Program-made: the position numbers and the translations under genes | In this document: positions 53,901 through 64,000 of the stretch, piece by piece | Position numbering within the stretch: the first letter of the stretch is position 1 | How the letters are laid out: every line of letters begins with the position of its first letter | DNA from: Trichoplax adhaerens | Taxonomy: Eukaryota > Animalia > Placozoa | DNA: 64,000 nt | NCBI RefSeq assembly: GCF_000150275.1 | Contig: NW_002060946.1 | Coordinates: 5,165,454 to 5,229,453 of the forward strand | Reading direction: 5' to 3' | Notes under the pieces: model-generated | What the model saw: only the letters and a program-made list of their open reading frames with translations | Databases searched by the model: none | Told to the model about the DNA's origin: nothing

Positions 53901-56900
53901 ACTTTCACAACAACATCATCAATAATTACAGACTTTAATACAATAGTATGATATCATCACTAGTAGTTGCTCTTGCTGTAAGCGTTCTATTGCTATGGAA
54001 TGTACAATTGTAAATAGCAACATAACTAGGGTTGAAATCAATGGACATCATAATTATACCACATCAAAGAAGAAAAAATGAACACTACGTCAACTATACT
54101 GATAGGTTTAGGAAAACTAATAATGAATATGTAGATAAATCAATCAACTTTTAAAAAGCAAATAATGTGAAAAGCATCCATAAGTCTACGCTACGCACGT
54201 GGATATAATGGATATACTTTGAATATTGTGACCACGGTATTAGAAATTAGAAGGAAATAATGTCAATTTTAATATTATAATTCCGGTTTATTTATTCAAC
54301 TTCAATCTTTCAATTCTATTATGTCTCTTTTTTCCAGACAATTGACACTCTTGTAAGATGCATAAAAGTTATTTTGTCTCATCTTATTATTGTCTGAAAA
54401 TAACTATTGAATTTCTATCTCTAAGTACAAAATAAGATTGTCTTGATCATATGTCGTACATGATTATTTCCTTGTCCAATTTTTTAATGGAATTAAAGAC
54501 CATAGATGGAAGACAATATAATACAACATAAATAGAAGATTAGAATTCTTTTTATTGAATATTTTTAAAATGCATTACGTAAATAGTGGAGGTTAAACTC
54601 TTTGCATTTTTTTATCTACCTCAGAAACATCCGGTAAGAAGAATGCAATTTTCGCTCTTCGTCTATGTTCTATCTATTCTTATAGGATAGTTCTTTTCAT
54701 CTCTATCAGCCTAACGGAATCTCGTTTGTGTCTACCTATCAATCATTCTTCTATTTCTTATCATATTCTATCGTATAGTATCCTGAGTATTATCATCAGT
54801 TTTGATGGCGGACCTTTAATATTATTAGGAGATACATACAGCTATAACTTAATCGATGTGGTTCATATACACGTCCACAGTGTTCTTTCAATCACCTAGA
54901 CTTTACACAGTTTGTTACTATTGACGACAAATTAAGACATCGATCTGAACTAGTCTAGACAGTTTGAATTCATATAGTTAGTTGAGCAATAGTAACAATA
55001 ATTATTATATCGATCATGTAATGAATCCATTTTCCAGTAATATCCAAGTCTATCAAATATTAATTATCATAACATGTTGAACCGTTTAAATTCTGGAACT
55101 TACTATAGCAAAATTATTAAGTGTGTTATGGTGCTACCAATAAGTGTCTATAAATTTAAAGTATTGGTAATAAATAATTTTTCTGTAGTTATATACAATA
55201 CTCAATATAAGCTATCAGATCAGTCTAATGCACCGATAAAACGTCAGGATTTGAACTTATAATTGTTGTTTAAATGAATAACATACCAATTGAGGGTTTG
55301 TTGACTACTAATTTATTTATTCGCTTTACAGTAGTCCGATATGTCCGTTACGCAGTAGTATACCTAGCCAATACTAGTTCTTGTATACGAATAATACTTG
55401 AAATTTTTCATTATTAATTGATAATGTCATTTGAAATGATTCTTATTTCTCACCGATATAATATCGTCTGTCTCAAAAAGCTCCCCTTGCAAATATACTT
55501 CTACATAGACTATAAATCTATTCCTAAAATCGCTCTAATTAATTGTGCTGCTTGCTTTAAAATGTCTATGTCTGCCTTTATTACATGGCAGTAATACAAT
55601 ATAAAGTCTAGCTGAAAATTAGATCTTCCATATTATGTATAAGTATTAATTAGCTGAAAGTGACGGTACACGTTTCTATGTATTTTTGAACTATTATTAC
55701 GCCAAAGGAATTCTTACTACGCCATGCTGCCATTAATCGTAGCCCATTTATAATTTTACCATAAAATAATAATGATTACAGTAAATATACTATTATTTAA
55801 GAAATAATGTTAATGGTAACGTAGAGCGATACCGTATTATTAAAGAATATGATTAGAGCAAACGCGTCCGTCGGAAATTTAAAACGTTAATATTTCTTAG
55901 CAACAACAGAAATCGTGGATGCGATAGTTGATAAATGATGCAAATGAATACTGATAACTGGTTTATTTATTTATAATTTTGATTCGATTCGAAATGATGG
56001 CTCTGAATCGTAATAAAATATAATTCACAGAAAGCTATCTGATTAGACTTAGTTCATTTTAATTTCGTTCATTTGTTCTCCATTTTTGATCATCAGTCAG
56101 AATATTCTAAATCTAAATTAAAAAAAATTATTCTATTCATCAGCATTATTTACTATAATTTCGAATTGTCTAGAATACGCTTACTCCTACTTATCTATTG
56201 ATAACGGGTATTGGTAATAAATGGTCTATATTTTGTAGTTTATATAAAACTTTCAAAGTTTTTGAAATATGTGCTAATGCATCATGTAACAGTTACGGGA
56301 AAAAGTGTAGAATTCAAAAAGACAAGATCAACTACTGTAGAACTTGATCAATTCGTTTATTAATACAGATTAGAACAAATTTTAATTGAATAACTGACAA
56401 GTTCTTCCTCTATGTAACATGATTAAATTATATATACTCTTTCATCATAGCACTCTTTCTATATTGCGTCATTTTATAATCATCAAATCTTACAATTTTT
56501 CTTATTTATTTTACATCCATCAATTAATAATGTATTGGATAGTATATTGCTGCTGACAAAAATAAACAAAACAAAAAAATTGAAAACAAAAAATGACTCA
56601 ATTTAAGTTGAATGGATGTTTTTTATTCTCAATCCACTATTAAATATGGTAGGTTTGAATAAGCTGAGATAGAGTAGACATTGCATATTCAGGCTAATTC
56701 AACTAAATAGGGTAATTATTAGCTATTATAACTGTTGTGTCTGAAAAATATAGCACTGTCTGGTTTTTCGAATATCAATCATACTTAATAAAATGAAATT
56801 TCTGTTATCATGCGGTAATTCATTCTAGTTAATAAATAATAATGATAACAAATAATAATGATATCAATAATATTGCCTTTCGGTGAAGTAGATTTTAAAA

Positions 56901-59817
56901 AGAATTTAGACGAGAATCAAAGATATCTCGGCAATAAATGAATAATTGAATATGTTTAAAATATATACTTCATAACCATTTTATTATCCATCCGTCCAGT
57001 TTAAAATTCTTGCTGAAGTTAAGATCAATAACCTGGACAAAATAACTGATTTAAATTCCGACAGTGACTAATGATTATTTATAACAGATTATTTATTAAG
57101 GCTACTTGGAAATAGTAGGGGATTTTACTTATTTTTAATACAGGTTGAAAATAAAAACCTATTAAATAGTTCAATTCTTGATTGATGACAGATCATTTAT
57201 CTTGATTGTCAACACTGTCAGATGAAATTTTCATCCAAGTGGCTGTTTTTACTATTAATAAAAATAAGTTAGATGTAAATGAATGAAATAACTTCAAGAG
57301 CGGAGTATGTTAATACTTTATAAAATAGATATAATTTCATAAATATATTTTTTTTCTAATTTTTTTATCTACTCTGTATTATTCATTATAAAAATAGTAT
57401 CTACTTTGATTCTATTTTACTAACATCTTAAACGATCAATATTGGGAACAGCAACTTCATATTGGGTATTGATAATGGGCATCATGAAATTGATTACAGT
57501 AATCTTACTATAATGATGGCGTAAGAATAATATCATTATATTGTTAGTTGTGAGCGTATAAAGTAAGTACATCATTGCATCTTTGCCAAGGAGCCAGCAT
57601 ACACATAACATGAGCATATTGTGAACTATATGGATCGTAGTCTACAACTATCTTAATATGGTCTAAATCATATAGAATATATTCTGATGTCAAGATTATT
57701 ACCATCTGATTTCATGAAATTGATCAATTACCACCACATTGGTTTCAACAATGCATTTTTTAATACGGCTTGATTTTTTCTCCGTGCATATTAATAAGTC
57801 TCTATATTGTCTATTACTAGTAGATAAAACTAAAAAGGATAAAATAAAATAATAAGTAAAATAGATAATTAAATTGGAAAGCCTGTAAGGTTACGAATTT
57901 ATTTAATGATATTGTACATATGTACAGTTTTATCATATAATACAATTTCCTAGAAGGAGTATAGTGCGCGTAATAAGGGGTGTAGTTGTAAAAAAAACTA
58001 TTGCAATGCGAGTGGAGCCGTATGCTAGTATTTGGCCAAAGTGCGAGAATATCACGTATGCATTTAGTATGACTTGAAAGGAAAGTGTTTTACACCCAGT
58101 TCCCGTTGAGATCAGATGGTATTCATTTAGAGGGGTAATTTAATTAGGGTAGGCTTCCTTATGTTCAAGATGATTGAATTAGTAATTTAGTACTCCATAT
58201 TGATGCTAGCTGATGTTGTGGCATTGTTTATTTAACTAGGTATATTAATACCAACCTACTATCCTCCTTTAATGTATTACTGTATTATCTTGCTAATTAT
58301 TTACTCAAATGAGTCAGATGCTTGTATATAGCTAGAGCTATATTAATATTATTCTATATCGTATTTGTATTTATCTACCTATTAACATACCGGATGTAAT
58401 CATCTCTTACAAGAAATAGTGACCGTCGTATAACTATGCCATGATGGCCTCCCATGAGGGCGATTTTATTCGATTTTATTGGTATATATAAGACGTATAC
58501 TTAAAAACAATATGTATGACGAGGGATAAATCATAATTAGCCTATGGAAATTAATCATGATCGATTTGGGGAGGTTGCCACTGGCTAAATGGTTGTAACT
58601 ATACCAGGAACTCAATGCAACCTTTCTTATACGGTTCAAACTAGGGGAGAAAAAAATGTAAAACAGTACACTTTCTGTAAAGTTACAAAAGTGAGGCTAA
58701 TCACCATGTCTTCTTTAATTATCAATGGGAACTGAATCAGTTATTTCTACAGAAATAGAATCTAATTTCTAGTAGCATATATTGACTGAGAAGCCGTGTG
58801 TAATGTAATGGTCGTATTTTGTGATTGTTACTATTGATTTATAACTAACTATTGATGAAGGCATCTTACAATCAGGAATGACTCATCGCTTGAATATCAA
58901 CGCCGGTCACGAAGCAAGAATACAAATTGTGTCATTGTATATCATCATTATCCCATTTAGCCTAAATATCTAATATAGTCATGCTAGGGTTCTTTGCTAG
59001 CGTTAACCATGACTATAGGACTATTTATGCTCGATGGTACAACTATGTCGGTATCATGTCCATTGTAAAATACTGGTACATGCCACATTGACAAAAATTA
59101 ACCATTTCATTCTAATCCCTCACAGTGGCTGATTGAGACGATAGCCAGCGCGCTATCATATTAGTCATCATTTAATAATCAAATAGCTCACGTGTACTAT
59201 ATGATGGATTATCTAATATATGCGAATGGACGATGAAGTCGTCAAGCTATTTCGACGCTATGCTACTATCGACCATCACCTACCATACCATGAATTTACT
59301 ACGGTAAGGCTTGTTCCACGCTTCGGACTACTAGCCAGACAGGGTGGCATAATCCAATTTTTCTAGATTATTATAAATCGATCGAAGTACTTTAGAACGA
59401 ATAATCATGCAGATTAACGGTAATCAAAGTAAAGGAAAGGGCATCAGTTAACTATATTATCATTTTGTAGTTCTCATTCATTTGATAGTTTCACTGTAGT
59501 TAAGGTCAAATACTGTCTCCAACTGCGCTTGTAAATCGATTTTAATCATGGAAATAACACAATATTGTAGGGCTGTAACAAAACCAATAGGATGGTCATA
59601 AAGATGATGACATCGATGAGACTGTTTCGGAGTTTGGGACAACATCATCATCTCCATATCATTCATTGACTGGATTGTTCATATAAAGGTATTATCAATT
59701 ATAATTATAGACATAAGGAATGCGCTAGATACTTTGGTCATGTTGGCGTATCATTATAGTCCGATGCACTATGGTAACATCTGTGTTGTACTGCATATCT
59801 TCTGTAGCGCTACAAAT

Positions 59818-59834
59818 GGGGGGGGGGGGGGGGG
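59818..59834 (+). repeat. G17 homopolymer
   Basis: 17 consecutive G in AT-rich context, ~1.46 kb upstream of the Irx ATG. Confidence 0.9.
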
Positions 59835-60337
59835 AAAGAGAAAAAAAGCAGCAAGGCATCAATAGGCAAATAATTAGTGTATTACTAGTCATCAATGTCG
59901 AAATGCAATCCAGACACAAATCGCCATCTTAAACAACACTACTAGAAACACACGTCTGGTTGCATACATCGACCTACTGTCTAGAAAATAAAATTGAATT
60001 TGTACCATTCCATTGAAAAAAATGCCAAAGTCGGATATTGACGATGTCTATTATTTATATTAGCATTACTCTACTTTTGTAAACAGTTGTTGTAATTGTT
60101 GCACCTATTGTAAGGGCTTATTTTTCAATGACCGCTCTGGTGATCATTACATAATTTGCAACATGTAGATGACCATTCAGAATACGAAGTACATGTAGTT
60201 AATTAGGAAAACAATGGGTACTAAGGCATGACATGTACATAGTATTTGTGTATGCTGACAAATTATCATTTGACAACAAATAGAAATATTAAGGATTGCA
60301 CTAGTAGACATTGCATCAAGTCAGGACGATGTACAGA

Positions 60338-60355
60338 CTCTCTCTCTCTCTCTCT
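60338..60355 (+). repeat. (CT)9 microsatellite
   Basis: ctctctctctctctctct, overlapping the start of the palindrome TACAGTATACTGTA. Confidence 0.85.
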
Positions 60356-60659
60356 ACAGTATACTGTATGTAGACTCCATTTGGATTGGTATCGACTTTC
60401 CAACATGAATTTCGCTATCTTCAATCGATTCTCATCCTTCCATCTTCTTTCCATTCTACATAACTACGATTGGATCATCGTCATTCAGTATCATGAATAA
60501 CATATTTGTCAACTATTACTACCATCGATTCACTGACTAACTGTAGTCGATGTTGGGAGTAGAACCATCCATCATTTAATAACCCGAAAATAAAATCTAG
60601 TCGGAAATAAGGCGTTGATTGTTGTCAATGAAACAATAATGGAGATGTTGTCGTAATTC

Positions 60660-61000
60660 TTTATGCCAAGACAGCCATTCGTATAAAAAGTGTACCCATG
60701 TAGGCGGAGCTTGCTAGAGTGAAATGCACCCATTTAGGCGTACGCGCTGTCATGGATGTCGTGTTATGATTTTGATTGATTCTATTATACACGGCGAGTA
60801 ATACGGCAGTAGCCAATCATTTAGCCTAAAATCATGTCACAATTTTCAACTCGCTTTGTGATTGGATGATTGAACAGAAAACGTTATGTAACTACATGTG
60901 TCACGAACAATTCTACCAGACAACTATGGTTGCTTAAATACCCGGTGTGTTATGTACCAATCTTCAAAATTTGTACAATCTTTGACTTTGCATCATCGAG
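60660..61000 (+). promoter_or_regulatory. Putative Irx proximal promoter
   Basis: TATAAAA (60682), GGCGGAGC (60703), CCAAT (~60813), ATTGG (~60861), near-duplicated 16-mer TGYACCCATKTAGGCG (60691, 60725), pyrimidine-rich leader before ATG 61293. Confidence 0.45.
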
Positions 61001-61292
61001 CAACATCTTTCAATCTACTTTCTCTCTCGCTCTCTAGCGATTTGTTATCGTTCTAGTAGACTCAGTTTGTGTTATTTTGCACAATTTTACTTGCATTTCT
61101 TGCCGTTAATTCATCAATTGACGATTTACTAGTGATTGCAATCGAAACATTGATTTGCTATTACTATTTTCCGGGTTAAATTCATCTTTGAAAGGAAAAA
61201 TTTGCGGAAATTCCTCCTATCTCAATACAACTCGATTTGGATCAATCTCAACTGAATTCTTCTAGACACTATCCAACGTACCAGTTTACAAA

Positions 61293-63498
61293 ATGTCTTA
61301 TTCTCAATTTGCTTGCTCATTTCCTCCACAAGTAAGTATGAAGAATGATTCTGTTTAGTAGCTAATCTCTTCTACAGCGAATGCAATCATTTTACGTGTA
61401 CTAGTAGGCTTAGGAACTTAGTCAAAATTTCCAGACAGGCTGTGCTGCATTTCCAGACAGGACATGTCTGATTACGACTACAACCTGATTAATTGATAAT
61501 TTGATCAATTTTAGGTTTTAATGCATGGCCATACTCATAGCCCAAACCACTTCTGTAGTTCCGTGCCTCAAATGACCGGCTCTACCAACGTTTGCCAATG
61601 CCAATTGGAGAAACTTTACATGCAACAGAAGTTATCACCTACGCCATATCAATCAATGATGCATTCCCATCAATGCACTGCCAATGGATTCCCTAGCGCA
61701 ATTTCAAACAACAGCGACAAGCCAATGATCTATCCTTCTATGGTGAGTCTCTATTGCTATGCTTATTAGCCACGTAGGCTAATTTTTTATTGTAACCTTG
61801 AAATTATCGACTTCTACGAGTATAAATCACGTTTAGTAGTTGGAAATCATCAAAGTTTTTGCTTGTGTATTAAAAATATTATTTACCATTGATTCCCGAC
61901 ATCAACTGTCGTAAAATTATGCAAATTAGCTACTACGGGCAAGCGCAGTTGATATCCCGACAACCGGCATTGTCTACTCTACAGTATGTTAAATAACATT
62001 ACACAGTATTACAGTACTACAGAGTACTAGTATTCGATTTACGGTATAATAGATTGTATCGTAAACACTCATCGATTGGCTTGATTGACAAGAGTGATCT
62101 CATTCTTCGACTAAGACTAACATGTAGGATACAGTACTTACGTTTACTACTACTGGTATAGAGGTTGCGATCGCTTTGCTAGCCGACCCGTCTACTACTT
62201 TACTTCAGTTTGTCTGGTTTTTAAAAATTGTCTGGAAGGCTGTCCAGTTGTCCCGTCCACACTGTCGGTTGAGTCAGCCTTAACCCTTGATAGTCAGACA
62301 GCGAGTACACAGTGCATATGCTATGATTAAAAAAAAAAAATCGAATTGCCTCATTTGACTAATAAAATCTTTCACTGATTCGTCCACCTATTTAGAATTC
62401 GCCTGTACAAGGAGATATGAAATGTGGTAACTCATCCATTGATGCCTGCTACCAATGGTACATGTCTCAGGCTGGTAAATACCCAGTTGGTCATGTAGAT
62501 GGCATTTCTAGGTTCGTCTATTATTTATGCTAATGAATTAATCATAGATATTGCAGTGTCCTATACTAAGACAGTTGCATACGCAATAACCTAGTAACGT
62601 ATTGAATGATGAATAGAGTTAATGCACATCGTCACATAGCAAAACGAATGAATATTATAGCTTATTTAAGGTGATATAGTGAAATGTATTTGTAACAATT
62701 CTCGTCTTCTTTACCTGCAGATTTAACCCAATCGATTTAAATAATGCCAGACGTAAGAATGCTACTCGTGAAACTACCAGCATACTTAAAGCTTGGTTAT
62801 ATGAACACAGAAAAAATCCTTACCCTACCAAGGGAGAAAAAATTATGTTGGCAATCATGACAAAGATGACATTAACGCAAGTTTCGACATGGTTTGCTAA
62901 TGCTCGTAGACGCCTTAAAAAGGAAAACAAAATGACTTGGTCACCAAGAAATCGCACTGGTGAGGGCAGAAAGAACTCTGAAGACGATAGCCAAGATGAA
63001 GATCTTAACGATGATGACGATGATGATCATACGAGATCAGATGGACTGAGTACATGTGCCGATTCTCCTGCAAGCAGTGTCATGGATGATAAATCGGATT
63101 GTGGTCGTCATAGTCCTGAACTCAAACTTGCGCAAGAAATTGCTCGTAGACAAGAGAAACCAGCTATTTGGTCACCAATCACAGCTTGCTCAAAACCATC
63201 TGTACCTTGTACTACTACTACTACTTTACCGAGTAGCAACACTAATATGGATTCACCGGTTAAATCATTAAGGAAATATGTAGATGGTGTATTCCATTTA
63301 AAGGAGAATGAAGTTGAAATTAACGTAGAAACTAAGGTAGAACCAGCTTCTCCCGAGTCTCCAAAGGAAAAGGTTTCTGTTAGCGTTGAAATGAAATCTG
63401 AAAAAGAAGAGGCAGTACAGGAGAAATCCGAATCTCAATATCGTGAATTTGACGCAGCGCTAGCACTTACTACTCTGTCTTCATCTAGACAGTCATAA
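61293..63498 (+). CDS. Irx: Iroquois-class TALE homeodomain transcription factor, 4 exons, 386 aa
   Basis: Exons 61293-61331 (MSYSQF, Irx-type N-terminus), 61515-61742, 62396-62511, 62721-63498; 1161 nt in frame. Homeodomain [64 protein letters not shown], acidic stretch, IRO box KPAIWS. Confidence 0.97.
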
Positions 63499-64000
63499 TT
63501 TAAATAGCGCTAGGAACTGTACATGGTTTAATTCGAACTACTTCGGAGATTTTGTAAAAAATATTGAAGTGTGTGACAATGTCGCACATTATAGAATTAG
63601 GTGCTTGTAGCTGTTAGCTGCGCGCCATTTTCATCGTGAGCATGGCTTCACAGTTTTACTGTTCTTAGATTAGATAAGTTTGAAATTTATAATTAAAAAT
63701 TATTATGAACGTTGAAATCTATCATGTATTAGTAATTATTTGTCGCCACTGTACTTAGCTGTATAACCTGGATACAGTATAACGATATTCTGTTACTATA
63801 CGATGTGATTGATTCTCTAGCGTTATTGTGTTTTCTGTGTACAGTAACACTACATTTCTTATTACGATACAGAATACTGTAACTGAAATACGTAAAATTT
63901 ACACTTCTGTGTTTCCACAATTTATCTTTAATCTTGATGAAATATTGTTTCTTCAGACAATATAAAAGCTTTGCTAAGATATATATTTTAAGCGTAGTAG

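Larger units (their letters stand above)
33251..61292. other. ~28 kb gene desert upstream of Irx (putative extended cis-regulatory domain)
   Basis: No recognisable coding exons found; ORFs here are short and AT-biased. Contrasts with 1.2-3.4 kb intergenic gaps elsewhere in the window. Confidence 0.7.

Noticed and set aside
58975-59016. ATAGTCATG...CATGACTAT hairpin as a miRNA or ncRNA
   Set aside because: Only 9-bp arms with an asymmetric interior; too short for a pre-miRNA and expected by chance

Overview
AT-rich eukaryotic (animal) genomic DNA. The genes are intron-dense with mostly ~60-150 bp GT-AG introns, consistent with a compact non-bilaterian genome such as a placozoan (inference only). 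Five spliced protein-coding genes were reconstructed by hand: dynein light chain roadblock (+, 1461-2500), anillin (-, 9335-3727), RPGRIP1L/fantom (+, 11453-21764), an acatalytic CA8-like carbonic anhydrase-related protein (+, 25157-33250) and an Iroquois TALE homeobox gene (+, 61293-63498). A ~28 kb gene-free region separates CA8-like from Irx and contains degenerate tandem repeat arrays and clusters of candidate TALE, Irx and Smad motifs. The most notable signal is the RPGRIP1L-CA8-desert-Irx arrangement. It mirrors the vertebrate RPGRIP1L/FTO/IRX3-5-6 locus and its paralogon, and looks like a miniature ancient genomic regulatory block. No rRNA, tRNA, CRISPR array or intact transposon was recognised.
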